From an uncultured virus (IMG/VR IMGVR_UViG_3300015607_004939) (taxonomy: Duplodnaviria; Heunggongvirae; Uroviricota; Caudoviricetes), in the IMG/VR virus record IMGVR_UViG_3300015607_004939: 58,976 nt of DNA. One strand, given 5' to 3'. A program made the translations under genes and the position numbers. Shown one piece after another: positions 18,840 through 29,281 of the stretch. The notes below the pieces were generated by a model, which was given only the letters and a program-made list of their open reading frames with translations, had not been told where the DNA came from and ran no database searches. The number at the start of each line of letters is the position of its first letter. The first letter of the stretch is position 1.

Positions 18840-21800
18840 ATGTCGCTCAAGCCCCTCATCCTGGTCTACCTGGAGATCGCCCAACCCTCGGTCACCCCGG
18901 CCACGCCGGTCCTGAACACCGTGATCGTGGGCCCTGCCTGCGACGTGTTCGACTACCCGGACGACGCCCAGGCGACGCTGCTCACCGACACCTACGGCCG
19001 TCTGGAAGCCGGTTCGGGGTACGCGCCGCCCGTCTCGGGCACCGACGCCGTTCGCGTGCTCGACGGGGGGTACCCCAGCCAGAGCGCGGGGGCACGCGTG
19101 GACCACGACTCGGTCTACTTCACGCTCAAGACTCCGCGCGTGATCCTCGGATCGACGAACCTGAGCGGCTCGGTCGCCCCCGTGCTCGGCACCTCCGTCA
19201 CGACAAGCGAGGCGGACCGGACGCTCCTCACGTTCAACAGCCCCACGGCCAACCTGCTCCAGGCGCTCGTGCAGCCGGGGGATCGGGTGATCCTCACCTC
19301 CTCCTTCGGTCAGGAGTTCGTGGGCACGGTGGCCCTGGTCGGCGAGCCGAACGCAGCGGGCCTCGTCCCCTCGGGCAACGAGAACCTGCTGCGCCTGACC
19401 TCGCAGCTCCCCTCGCCGAACGTCGCTGCGACGGGCACGATCACCGCGATCGCCGCCTCCTCGCTCCTCGACGGCGAGACCTTCACGCTCGACGACGGGA
19501 TCAACCCCCCCACGGTCTTCGAGTTCGATACGGGCTCCTCGGTCGGCGCGGGGCACGTGGCCATCGCCATCGCGAGCCAGACCGCGACCCAGGTCCGCGA
19601 CCTCATGCGCGCGGCCATCAACGGGGTGGGCTCGGGCCTCCGCATCACGGCCACCGACCTCGGCTCGACGGGCCTCACGCTCACGAACGACGTGCCCGGC
19701 GACCAGGGCAACACCACGATCTCCGACACGGTGGTCGACGCGGGGTTCACCCACACGAACATGGCCGGGGGGACCTCGGAGCCCTCGCAGTGGGCCTACG
19801 ACGACGCGGCCGAGTGCCGCATCGAGCGCGTGCTGTCCACGACCCGCCTCTCTGACCCCTCCCGGACGTACGTCGTATTCCCGGAGCCGGGCTCCGACGA
19901 GGTCGTCGTGCGCGGCGGCGTGAGCGTCTCGATCCGTGGCACCCCGGCCGCGAGCGTCGGCACCCCCTCCCCGGCGCCCCAGACGGTCTCCCGGGCGCTC
20001 TCCTACGCCGAGCTCTACGTCTCCTACGTCGCCCTGCGCCAGGACCTCCAGTCGCTCGCCAAGGCGATCCCGACGGACAGCCAGAGCCTGAACGGCGTCC
20101 CGATCGTGCGGGGCATCGGCAAGGTCGACGCACGCAACCCCCTGGCCGTGGGCGTGAAGCTCGCCCTGGCCAACGGCGGCAACGTGCCGATCTACTACTA
20201 CGGCGTCTCGGCCCGCGACTCCTCGGGCTACGACAACGCGAGAGCCCGGCTCGCCTCGCGCAACGACCTCTACTGCTTCGTGCCGCTCACGCAGGACCTG
20301 AACGTACACGCGGCCTTCAAGGCCGCGTTCGTCCAGAACGCCAACCCCCTCTACTGCCGCGAGCGCGGCGTCCGTCAACGCTTCCGCATCGTCCTCGGCT
20401 CGGTGCCGATGCCCACCGAGCAGACGATCTACGAGGGGTCGATCTCGGGCGTGTCGAGCGACGCCGGCCAGTCGACGGGCCGCTACCGCACGATCTCCAT
20501 CGCCGCCGCCTCCACGGGCTCGGCGCCCGCGACGGGCGCGGCCGAGGACATCGACTTCAGCTACGTCCTGCCAGGGGACACGGTCACCATCGGCCTCTCG
20601 GCCGGGGGGACCTCGGCGTGGCAGAACCGACGCGGCACTCACCGCGTGGGCCACGTCAACACCAGCCAGGACTTCCCCAACTCAGGTGACCCGGCCGCGC
20701 TGGAGGTCATCCCCGGCAGCTCGCGCTGGGACGACACGGCCGGCGCCACGGTCGACGACATCGAGATCCTGGTGCGCGGCCCCGACGGCTCGACCAAGTT
20801 CTCCAGCACCGCGTCCACGGACGTCTCCACGGGCGCAGGCGGCACGCTCGGCACCGTGCGCTACTCCATGCGCCTGCCCACGGTGGTGGGCGGGCCCTAC
20901 ACGGTGCGCTACGTGGCGAGCGGCGACGCCGACCACGTGGTGGGGGTGGCCCTGGCCGGGTTCGCCATCACGGTCACGGTGGGCAGCCTCGTCACGCACA
21001 CCGAGCTCGCCACGGCCGTCAACGCCCACCCGGGCGTCTCGGCGGTGCTCGCGGCGGCCGTGACGGCGGGCGGCGGCAACGCCGTCGTGCCGGGCTCGCA
21101 GAGCCCCGCCGCCCCGGCGTCGATCCTCCCGGCCTCCGGCGACTGCTCGGCCCAGGTGCTGGTCAACGACGCTCTCTACACGCAGCTCACCGACGGCTCG
21201 GCGACGTTCCTCCAGGCGAACGTCAAGCCCGGCGACCTCGTGGAGATCCCGGCCGACCCGAACAACTACGACCCCCTGGCCTACTCGGGGCGCCTGCTCA
21301 CCTACCGGGTGGGCGCGGTGCAGAACGAGAACCGCCTGCGGATCGCGGGCGGCACCGACGACGGAGCGGACGCGGCCACGGAGCTGCCGCACTTCTTCAA
21401 CCGCACGCTCCAGGCCCGGTACCTGGACAACACGGCGCCGAACGCGATCAACTACCGCGTACGGCGTACGCTCACCTCGTTCGACCGGGCGCTCGCGCTC
21501 GTGTCGATCGCCCAGAGCGTGCGCTCCTCGCGCCTGACGCTCATGTGGCCCGACCTCGTCGGGGTGTCGGAGCTCGCGGACGGCGGCCTCCCCAGGGCGC
21601 TGCCGGCCGTGCCGACCCGCGCGGGCCTCGTCCCGAGCTACTACCTCGCCTGCGCCGTGGGCGGGGTGATCGCCGGGGTGCCCCCGCAGATGGGCCTCAC
21701 GGGCGGCTCGTTCATCGGCTTCGACCGGGTGAGCCACACCGCCGACTCCTTCAACGAGGAGGAGCTGTCGCTGATCTCGGACGGCGGCTTCTTCCTCTGC

Positions 21801-22178
21801 ACGCAGGAGACCGAGGGGGCGCTCATCCAGTGCGAGCACCAGCTCACCACCGAACCCTCGGCCCTGGAGACCGGCGAGCTGTCGATGGTGAAGAACGTCG
21901 ACTTCCTCGCCATCAACTACTCGGACCTGATCCGTGGGTTCCTGCGGCAGTACAACAACATCCCCGAGGCCCTCGGGGAGATCTACCGCTCGGTGGTGGA
22001 CAACACGAACCTCCTCAAGGGGCAGTACGTGGCCAAGATCGGCCCGCCGCTCCTGGAGGGCACCATCACCTCGCTCGCCCAGAGCGAGACGAGCGCCGAC
22101 ACGGCCGAGCTCTTCTTCGACGCGAAGATCAGCGCGCCGCTCAACAACGTCGGCTTCCACCTCGTCGTCAGGAAGTGA
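18840..22178 (+). CDS. Tail sheath protein with inserted domains
   Basis: 1112 aa; LVYLEI N-terminus, DLYCFVPLTQD, SYYLACAVGG, HQLTT..ELSMVKNVDF, APLNNV C-terminus. Confidence 0.85.
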   Translation: MSLKPLILVYLEIAQPSVTPATPVLNTVIVGPACDVFDYPDDAQATLLTDTYGRLEAGSGYAPPVSGTDAVRVLDGGYPSQSAGARVDHDSVYFTLKTPRVILGSTNLSGSVAPVLGTSVTTSEADRTLLTFNSPTANLLQALVQPGDRVILTSSFGQEFVGTVALVGEPNAAGLVPSGNENLLRLTSQLPSPNVAATGTITAIAASSLLDGETFTLDDGINPPTVFEFDTGSSVGAGHVAIAIASQTATQVRDLMRAAINGVGSGLRITATDLGSTGLTLTNDVPGDQGNTTISDTVVDAGFTHTNMAGGTSEPSQWAYDDAAECRIERVLSTTRLSDPSRTYVVFPEPGSDEVVVRGGVSVSIRGTPAASVGTPSPAPQTVSRALSYAELYVSYVALRQDLQSLAKAIPTDSQSLNGVPIVRGIGKVDARNPLAVGVKLALANGGNVPIYYYGVSARDSSGYDNARARLASRNDLYCFVPLTQDLNVHAAFKAAFVQNANPLYCRERGVRQRFRIVLGSVPMPTEQTIYEGSISGVSSDAGQSTGRYRTISIAAASTGSAPATGAAEDIDFSYVLPGDTVTIGLSAGGTSAWQNRRGTHRVGHVNTSQDFPNSGDPAALEVIPGSSRWDDTAGATVDDIEILVRGPDGSTKFSSTASTDVSTGAGGTLGTVRYSMRLPTVVGGPYTVRYVASGDADHVVGVALAGFAITVTVGSLVTHTELATAVNAHPGVSAVLAAAVTAGGGNAVVPGSQSPAAPASILPASGDCSAQVLVNDALYTQLTDGSATFLQANVKPGDLVEIPADPNNYDPLAYSGRLLTYRVGAVQNENRLRIAGGTDDGADAATELPHFFNRTLQARYLDNTAPNAINYRVRRTLTSFDRALALVSIAQSVRSSRLTLMWPDLVGVSELADGGLPRALPAVPTRAGLVPSYYLACAVGGVIAGVPPQMGLTGGSFIGFDRVSHTADSFNEEELSLISDGGFFLCTQETEGALIQCEHQLTTEPSALETGELSMVKNVDFLAINYSDLIRGFLRQYNNIPEALGEIYRSVVDNTNLLKGQYVAKIGPPLLEGTITSLAQSETSADTAELFFDAKISAPLNNVGFHLVVRK

Positions 22179-22185
22179 CCGGCGA

Positions 22186-22797
22186 ATGGAGCTTTACGAG
22201 AAGTTCGCGCACGCCAAGACGGCCGGGCTCATCGGCACGGCCGCCCGTGGCGCCCTGAGCGTCGGCAAGGGCCTCGTCATGCCCTTCTCGGGGGCCGGGG
22301 CCAAGGCGTCGCTCGGCCAGAAAGCCCTACACGCGGGCGCGAGCGCGTACGCCATCGGCGCCCCGATAGCCGACTCGGTCGCCCCGTCGGCCAAGCCCCC
22401 CGCCACCGCCCATATCGCCGGACGCACCTTCGGGAGCGGCCAGCGCGACAACTCGGGCGGGATGAAGTCGGCCGCCCTCGACGAGCGGCTCTCGCGGCTG
22501 GTCAAGGTGGCCCTCTCGATCGGGCCCTTCTCGCTCCAGCACCCGAAGGACCTGATCGACATCGGGAGCTACGGGGCGATGATCGGCTCGAAGCTCCTCC
22601 CGCACGACCACCCGTGGCACACCGGTCTGGAGGCTGCGGGGCTGATCGGCCTCGGCAGCTCGGTGGGCGCCGACATGCTCATGGACCCCGGCGAGCGCAA
22701 GCCCGGTGCCAAGGACCTTGCGGGCCTCGCCCTCTTCGGCAGCGCCCTCTACGACCGCTGGAAGCGCGAGCACGGCCCCGGCGCCCCCACCCACTAA
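22186..22797 (+). CDS. KxA protein with Gly-rich hydrophobic segments
   Basis: ATG 22186; EKFA, AKTA, MKSA, VKVA. Confidence 0.65.
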   Translation: MELYEKFAHAKTAGLIGTAARGALSVGKGLVMPFSGAGAKASLGQKALHAGASAYAIGAPIADSVAPSAKPPATAHIAGRTFGSGQRDNSGGMKSAALDERLSRLVKVALSIGPFSLQHPKDLIDIGSYGAMIGSKLLPHDHPWHTGLEAAGLIGLGSSVGADMLMDPGERKPGAKDLAGLALFGSALYDRWKREHGPGAPTH

Positions 22798-22818
22798 CCT
22801 TCCCCCGGAGTCAACGAG

Positions 22819-23601
22819 ATGCCCGCCTATCCCATCGGAGTCACCCGAAGCCTCGGCACCTGGGGGTTCAACAACCGCCACGTCGAGCGGATGAACGACA
22901 ACGCCACGTACGACGCGGCGCACCCCGACGACACGCTGATCCTGGCGGGCCCGGCGCGCCGCGCCGTCGCCAGGAGTGACCGCTCCAGCGCCCGCACCCT
23001 GCGCGCGCTCGGGATGTTCCAGACGTTCTCGATGCAGTCGCAGGCGCCCGTCCAGCCGATGATGGCCATCGGCTCGGCGCGCTCCTTCTTCCTGCGCGGC
23101 AAGAGCCAGTCCTCCTGGTCGATCCAGCGCGTGATGCTGAACGGCCTGAACCTGCTGCGCGCGCTCTACCACAACGCGGTGGAGGCCGGCGTCAACGTCG
23201 ACCAGTTCGACGACCCCGCCGCGATGGAGGGCTCGCCCCAAAGCCAGTTCTTCATCAACCTGGACTCCGAGCTCTTCTACATTCCGTTCGGCCTGGGCGT
23301 GCTCATGCGCACGAAGTCCCACACCCTGGTGGGCGGCTGCTACATCGAGCTGTCGCTCATCGGCACCTGGGGCACGCAGATCGCGGGCGGCCAGTCGATG
23401 CTCGTCGAGAGCGTGACGGGCTTCGCCGATCGCATCCTGCCCTTCCAGGCCAGCGACGCGATGAGCGTCCCGCGCGTGCCGCGCTTCCTCATGGACGCCG
23501 TGCTCGGCCTCGCCCCGAACAACTCGCCCGGCGCGGTGTACGACCGGATCGGCGAGCAGGGCGCCGGGGGCCTGGACGACGCTTCGGTCCCCGCCCTCTG
23601 A
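22819..23601 (+). CDS. Tail tube protein
   Basis: LGMFQTFSMQSQAPVQPMMAIGSARSFF..ESVT..DRI; downstream of sheath. Confidence 0.75.
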   Translation: MPAYPIGVTRSLGTWGFNNRHVERMNDNATYDAAHPDDTLILAGPARRAVARSDRSSARTLRALGMFQTFSMQSQAPVQPMMAIGSARSFFLRGKSQSSWSIQRVMLNGLNLLRALYHNAVEAGVNVDQFDDPAAMEGSPQSQFFINLDSELFYIPFGLGVLMRTKSHTLVGGCYIELSLIGTWGTQIAGGQSMLVESVTGFADRILPFQASDAMSVPRVPRFLMDAVLGLAPNNSPGAVYDRIGEQGAGGLDDASVPAL

Positions 23602-23639
23602 CGCTGTACGGCGTACTCCGAGGCGCGTAGCTTCGAGTC

Positions 23640-25001
23640 ATGACCCGCCGCTCCGAACAACTCCCCTCCACCCCGGACCCGCTGATCCCGGACCCCGCCC
23701 CGCCCGGCGCCAGCCCCCTCGTCGGGGGCGCGGCGCACATGGAGCGAGGGGTGGTCCTGGAGACCGACGCCCGCCGCCACAGCTACCGCGTCCAGATGCC
23801 ATCGGGCCGGGTGGTGTCCATGGGCCGCATAGCCTCGGGCCCCGGGGACACGACGCTCCTGCCGCACGGCTGCAACGTGGCCGTGACGTGGGCGCTGGGC
23901 CTGCCGTACATCCTCGGCGTCCTGCCCGACGACACGGCCCACTCGGACGCGGGACCCCAGATCACCCCCCAGGCGGGCCAAGGGGGCCAGGACCCGGCCC
24001 TCGACCGGCACTTGCCGGCATCAAGCCGCAACCGCAACGCCCCGGTGGACATGCTCCCGGGGGACGCCCTGATCCAGGGGCCGGACGGGGCGCTCGTCGG
24101 CGCCCTGAGGGGCGAGCACGCCACACTCTCCGGCGGGCCGCTCGCGCGCGTCGAGGCCCTGGGCGACCAGGACCGGCTGGAGCTGGTCGCGGGCGAGATG
24201 CGGCAGACGACCTGGATGGGCTACCAGGAGGTCGTCAACGAGGACGGCAAGACGAGCCTCCGCTTTCGGGGCGGCAGCGACCAGCTCACCCAGACGGGCC
24301 CCGACGAGGCCCGCTACACGATCCAGTGGGACGTGGGTCACGCGGGCGACCTCGTGCGCTTCGAGCTCACGAACCGCGAGGGTCAGGCCCTCTTCCGCGT
24401 GCACGTAGACGCGCACGGCCGCATGGAGCTCTTCGCGGCGGGCGGCATCGCCCAGACCCACGGCGACGGCCCGGAAGCCGTGCAGGAGAGCGCCCACCAC
24501 GGCCGCGCCTCCCACGAGGTGACCGGCGATTCGACCCACGTCACGGGGGGCGAGCACCGTCAGACGGCCGCCACGTGGCGCACGATCGTCGAGGGTCTCG
24601 CCGAGATCCAGAGCGGCGGTTCGGTGAACGTCGTGGGCACCGATCGGGTGCAGGTCCTGGCCGGAGGCGAGGCCGTCCTCTCGGCGGCCGACCGGGCGCG
24701 CCTCTCGGGTCGGGGCGTGACTGTCAACCCGGGCGTGCAGGACTTCCTCGTCGACACGACCGTGAACGACATGATCGTCCTCGGGCGCGGGGCGTCCAAC
24801 CACGGCGTGATGTACGAGCCGCTTGACCGGGTGCTCCAGGTCATCGTTCGGCGCCTCGACCAGCTCGCCAGCGCCTTCGCCGGGCACACCCACCCGGTCT
24901 CCTTGGGGGTCGCCGGCCCCAACCCCGCCTACCTTTCGTTCGCGACGCCCACGGTCTACCAGCCGCTCCCGATGCGGTCCAGGCTCGTCAAGCTCCTATG
25001 A
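23640..25001 (+). CDS. Baseplate central spike (gpV/gp5-like)
   Basis: OB-fold-like N-terminus, repetitive beta region, C-terminal HTHPV resembling the HxH apex of P2 gpV-type spikes. Confidence 0.7.
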   Translation: MTRRSEQLPSTPDPLIPDPAPPGASPLVGGAAHMERGVVLETDARRHSYRVQMPSGRVVSMGRIASGPGDTTLLPHGCNVAVTWALGLPYILGVLPDDTAHSDAGPQITPQAGQGGQDPALDRHLPASSRNRNAPVDMLPGDALIQGPDGALVGALRGEHATLSGGPLARVEALGDQDRLELVAGEMRQTTWMGYQEVVNEDGKTSLRFRGGSDQLTQTGPDEARYTIQWDVGHAGDLVRFELTNREGQALFRVHVDAHGRMELFAAGGIAQTHGDGPEAVQESAHHGRASHEVTGDSTHVTGGEHRQTAATWRTIVEGLAEIQSGGSVNVVGTDRVQVLAGGEAVLSAADRARLSGRGVTVNPGVQDFLVDTTVNDMIVLGRGASNHGVMYEPLDRVLQVIVRRLDQLASAFAGHTHPVSLGVAGPNPAYLSFATPTVYQPLPMRSRLVKLL

Positions 25002-25059
25002 ACACCGCCTACACTTCACCCAGCAACGGCCTCCGCGTGGGGCCCCCAGGAGACACCCC

Positions 25060-26664
25060 ATGTTGGATCTGACGCTCATCGGCTATGGCAACTTCTCGGT
25101 CGCCGACGAGATCGCCCTCGAAACCATGGCCCCCGAGGCGCAGTTTCGCGGGCAGACCCTCGACCAGGACATCAACTCGGTCGTCGTGCGGATGACCGAG
25201 GCGTCGTGGGACCGCATCCGCCCGCGCGTGCGCGACATGTCCCAGCGCCGCATCCCGGCCGTGGACGCGAACGGCGCCGCCGTCCCGAACGTGACCCGCC
25301 CCGCGATGGAGTACTCCGTCGTGCCGGTCCCCGCGCGCCTGCCCCGCCTGACCCAGATCGAGCCCACCGCCCCGGTGAGCCTCGTCACCGACGGCGTCCT
25401 CACGCTGCGCGGGGTGAACCTGCTCGGGGGCATGCCGGCCGAGTACGACGTCATCACCCAGAGCGGCAACACGCTGCCCGGCATGACGGGCCAGCGCCGG
25501 TTCGCGCGCGGCGTTCGGGTGCTGCACCTCCAGGCCGTGCCCCTCGGCCCCGTCGGCAACCGCATCGGCGTGCGCTTCGCGGCGGCCTCGGGTGCCGGCT
25601 CGGTGAGCGTGAAGATGAAGCGCGACGGTGAGATCCTCATCGACGTCGTGCCAGCCTCGGGGTCGGACGACGCCACGAGCGTGGCGGCGCAGATCGCGGC
25701 TTCGGCGGCGGCCCTCTTCGTCACGGCCACGGCGATCGTGGGCTCGGCCAAGGTGCCGCCCACCAACCAGGACCAGTCGCCCCTCAGCGCGGTCCAGGTG
25801 ATCCGCCAGCCGTACGCGATGCTGCACGGTGGGGACGGCGGTGGCGTCGCCGAGGTGAACTTCCTCGTCTCCGGCACCGACCCGACCAACCGCCTGCGCA
25901 TCGTCGCGCAGAAGGCCGGCACGCCGTCCAACGGCATTCGCGTGAAGCTGGTGATGGACCAGGGCTCCAACTCCGTCTCGGTGAGCGGCAAGACCATCAC
26001 CGTCAACCGCACGGGCTCGACCGAGACCATCGCCAACCTCGTCACGGCCATCAACGGCAACGCGAGCGCGGCGGCCCTCGTGGCGGCCTCGGCGGTCGGC
26101 TCGGGGTCCCTCGACGACTGCGACGCCTACCTCTACGGCGGCTCGGGCGAGGAGCCCGTGGCCACCGTCGGCGGCGCCTCGGCCGCGATCACCGGCCACA
26201 CCGACTCCGCGATGGTCCTCAGCGTGACGGCGGCGGCCCTCGGGACGGCAGGCGTCGCGAACCTGGAGGACGCGGTGATCCAGGTCGTGATGGGCACCGA
26301 GCAGCTCCAGGGCCAGCAGACGGCCGGCGGCGGCGAGACGCGCAGCGCGGTGCGCGCCCGCGTCCGCGCCCAGGCCAACGTGACCCTCGCCACCCCGGGC
26401 GCCAACATCGACAGCACCGCCATGGCGGCGGGCCAGAAGTTCTGGGCCGACGCCCAGACCACCGGCTCGCAGGACGGCCTCTACGTCTGGAACGGCGCGG
26501 CCGTGCCCGCCACGCGCGCCCCCGAGGTCCCGGTGGGCTTCCGCGCGAGCGGCCTGCTGGTCTCTATCGCCGAGGGCACCGACGCCGGCAAGGTCCAGCA
26601 GGTCACCAACGCAGCGGGGTCGGACGTCGTCGGCACGGCCAACCTCACCACCGCCGCCGTCTGA
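25060..26664 (+). CDS. Virion structural protein with two sheath-like modules and a fibre/decoration-type C-terminal domain
   Basis: ATG 25060 after AGGAG; GNRIGV and SNGIRV modules; VRAQANVTL..IDS..QTTGSQDGLYVW. Confidence 0.65.
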   Translation: MLDLTLIGYGNFSVADEIALETMAPEAQFRGQTLDQDINSVVVRMTEASWDRIRPRVRDMSQRRIPAVDANGAAVPNVTRPAMEYSVVPVPARLPRLTQIEPTAPVSLVTDGVLTLRGVNLLGGMPAEYDVITQSGNTLPGMTGQRRFARGVRVLHLQAVPLGPVGNRIGVRFAAASGAGSVSVKMKRDGEILIDVVPASGSDDATSVAAQIAASAAALFVTATAIVGSAKVPPTNQDQSPLSAVQVIRQPYAMLHGGDGGGVAEVNFLVSGTDPTNRLRIVAQKAGTPSNGIRVKLVMDQGSNSVSVSGKTITVNRTGSTETIANLVTAINGNASAAALVAASAVGSGSLDDCDAYLYGGSGEEPVATVGGASAAITGHTDSAMVLSVTAAALGTAGVANLEDAVIQVVMGTEQLQGQQTAGGGETRSAVRARVRAQANVTLATPGANIDSTAMAAGQKFWADAQTTGSQDGLYVWNGAAVPATRAPEVPVGFRASGLLVSIAEGTDAGKVQQVTNAAGSDVVGTANLTTAAV

Positions 26665-26667
26665 CCG

Positions 26668-27459
26668 TCAGGACTTCGGGGTGCCCTTCGGGGCGCCCTT
26701 CTGGCCGCCCTGGCCCTTCCCCTCCACCGCCACCTTCCCGGCCTCCCCAGCCCCCGCCTGGGGCGCTGGCGGGGCCTGTCCGAGCCCCGAGAGGGGGTCG
26801 CCCGCCCCGGCGTCGCCCGGGGGCTCCGGGGGGCTCGGCTCGGGCGCCTGGGTCTGGCCGGGGGCGAAGACCGACTGGGGGTGGTGCTCGCCGCCCGCCC
26901 CCAGCGAGGGGTCGCGCGTGGGGCTCGTCGCGGCCTCGGGGCTCTTCATGGGCTCGAACACCGAGCTCGGGTTCTCCTCGCGCGAGGGGGGCGGCGGCGC
27001 CTTGGCGAGGCCGCCCCCGTAGAGGGAGGCCGGGGTCGCGACCCCACGCGCCGTGGCGGCCGACATGGGGTCCTTGGCGAGCTGCTCGGAGACGAGCTTG
27101 GACTCCTTGGGGATGTAGGTCTGGGACACGCCGATGGCGGTGCCCACAGCTGTGGCGGGGGAGTCGGGGCTCTTGGCGAGCTGCTCGGACACGAGGCGGC
27201 TCTCCTGGGGGAGCGACCGGACTCGCTGACTCGGGGGGCTGCCCTCGGGCACGAGCTGGAGGCGTACGTCGTATTCCCCTCCCTCCTCGTCGACGACGGC
27301 GCAGAGGCTCATGCGGACCTGCCGGTCGGGCAGCACGAGGGTGACGGGCAGCCGGTTCTGGCCCCCCTCGAAGTGGAAGGTGATGGCCTCCCCGGTGTGG
27401 GGGTTCTGGAGCTGGGTGAACAGGCCCGTCGTCGCGAGCAGTTCCGATTCCTTGGACAT
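26668..27459 (-). CDS. Pro-rich hypothetical protein with internal repeats
   Basis: GGAGG RBS; ESxLVSEQLAK twice. Confidence 0.65.
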   Translation of the reverse strand: MSKESELLATTGLFTQLQNPHTGEAITFHFEGGQNRLPVTLVLPDRQVRMSLCAVVDEEGGEYDVRLQLVPEGSPPSQRVRSLPQESRLVSEQLAKSPDSPATAVGTAIGVSQTYIPKESKLVSEQLAKDPMSAATARGVATPASLYGGGLAKAPPPPSREENPSSVFEPMKSPEAATSPTRDPSLGAGGEHHPQSVFAPGQTQAPEPSPPEPPGDAGAGDPLSGLGQAPPAPQAGAGEAGKVAVEGKGQGGQKGAPKGTPKS

Positions 27460-27600
27460 GGGGTATCCTCCGTAGCGTGTGGACTCAACGCCCCCGGCTC
27501 ATCAACCTGGGCCGGGCCATCGAGAGACTGATTGTGACCGTAATGCGCGCGGAGGCCGCCCACAAGCTGACGCGCCTGCGGAATGTCCTGGAGAGCGCCG

Positions 27601-29271
27601 ATGCCGTGGATCAAAGCTGCCCCGACCCTGCCGCCGGAAGTGACGGGGGCGGCACAGACTCTGACGGGCAGCCTGTCGGCCCTGCGGACGGCGGTGACGC
27701 TGGTCCAGACCCAGGTTAGGGCCGCGATCGCGCTCGCGCGAACGGACGCCGTGGGGGCGCTCGACTCGGCCCAGGGCGTGGTCAACGCCCTCACGGGCGC
27801 CGTGCGCGACGGGGTGAACGCGCTGCTCGACGACGGGGGAGGCTACCTCCTTATCGTGCCCACCCCCAAGAAGGGCTTGACGGGGTTCGTGCAAGGGTTC
27901 GTCGACCCGCCCTCGGTCTTGCCGGCCGGGGCGCTGCGCGCCGGGGTGCCCGCTTCGGTGCGCGCGACGGACGTGTGGCGGCGGGCCTTCGCCCCGGAGG
28001 GGCTCTTCACGGGCGGCAACGCCCACTACCTTCAGACGGTGGCCGCGTCGCTCTTCGACGCTGGCGACGACTCGCGGCCCAGGTTCACGAACGACACCTA
28101 CTGGGGTTACTGCGCTTTCGTCGCGGGGGCGACGGACATCGCGGCGGCCATAAGCGTCGCCACCTACTTCGATCGGCTCTTCGGCGCCAAGATGGGGACC
28201 GAGTCCCTGGCCGCCGCGAGGTCGGGCGGGGAGCTCGTCGCCCAAGGTCTGCGCGCCCAAGCCTCGGGGCGCGGCGAAGTGGTCGTGCTCACATGGAGCC
28301 CGATCGACCCGTTGGCACTGGAGGATGACACGCGGATGGTCGCCACGCACTACGCGATCATCCGCAGCGAGCGTCCCCAGGCCATGACCGCGCGTCAGGT
28401 GAGCGACTTGTTCTCGGACGCCGACCTTCGCGAAGGCGCCACGGGTCGGTTCGGCGCGAAGGTGTTGAAGGTGACGACGAACGACGGGTTCGTGCACCGC
28501 TACGTCGATTCCGAGCGCCTCACCCCCAACCAGACCTACTACTACCACATCGCCGTGCGCACGCGCGTGGAGCGCCAGGGCGTGCGCGAGGACCGTGGGT
28601 ACGGGCTCCTATCCTCGGCCGCACGCTACCGGCCGGAGCCGCAGCGCACCACCGGGCGGCACGGGAAGTTCCCCGACTGGTACCGCACGCCGTCGCTCGC
28701 CCGGCTCATCCCGGGTCTCTCGCGCCTGATCGACCGGATCCAGGAGGCGGTCAACACAGCCGTGAGCGTCGGTACGCGCGGGGCGACGCTCGCCGAGAGC
28801 TCGGCCGCCTTGCTCGACCGCTACGTATCCAAGATCGACGAGACCGTCACCGAGCTGAACCTCATCCTCTCGCAGATCGAGGGTGTTTTCGAGACGCCAG
28901 ACGTGGGGGTCTACCTCACGATGCGACGAGGCAAAGGCAACGTGGGATCGTTTCTCTCGGACCTGGGCATTGCCTTCTCTGACCCGAGCGACGTGAACCG
29001 ACCCCCATTCGAGACGGGCAACGAGTACACGTGCGGCTCGATCATCCTCGTGGCCGCCCCGAGCGAGGACGCCTTCCTGCGGGCCTGGGCCATGCTGGAG
29101 CTGCTCTTCGGCGAAGCCTCCGAGGACGACCCCGTTCTCGCGGGGATCAACTCGATCCAAGCCGCCGTCGCCGCGACCATCCCGCCGGAGGTCGAGGCCG
29201 AACCGTCCGTCACCTTCAACCCCGACATGACCCCGCGAGCGCCCGGGACGGGCGACGCAAGCTGCGACTAA
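27601..29271 (+). CDS. Putative tail/baseplate-associated protein
   Basis: Long ORF next to tail genes; FN3-like segment LTW..LTPNQTYYY; start 27583 or 27601. Confidence 0.55.
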   Translation: MPWIKAAPTLPPEVTGAAQTLTGSLSALRTAVTLVQTQVRAAIALARTDAVGALDSAQGVVNALTGAVRDGVNALLDDGGGYLLIVPTPKKGLTGFVQGFVDPPSVLPAGALRAGVPASVRATDVWRRAFAPEGLFTGGNAHYLQTVAASLFDAGDDSRPRFTNDTYWGYCAFVAGATDIAAAISVATYFDRLFGAKMGTESLAAARSGGELVAQGLRAQASGRGEVVVLTWSPIDPLALEDDTRMVATHYAIIRSERPQAMTARQVSDLFSDADLREGATGRFGAKVLKVTTNDGFVHRYVDSERLTPNQTYYYHIAVRTRVERQGVREDRGYGLLSSAARYRPEPQRTTGRHGKFPDWYRTPSLARLIPGLSRLIDRIQEAVNTAVSVGTRGATLAESSAALLDRYVSKIDETVTELNLILSQIEGVFETPDVGVYLTMRRGKGNVGSFLSDLGIAFSDPSDVNRPPFETGNEYTCGSIILVAAPSEDAFLRAWAMLELLFGEASEDDPVLAGINSIQAAVAATIPPEVEAEPSVTFNPDMTPRAPGTGDASCD

Positions 29272-29281
29272 AGGAACCACC

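Noticed and set aside
27477..27719. Small + ORF before 27601
   Set aside because: May be real but overlaps the next gene by about 120 bp and has no recognisable motif; not supported enough
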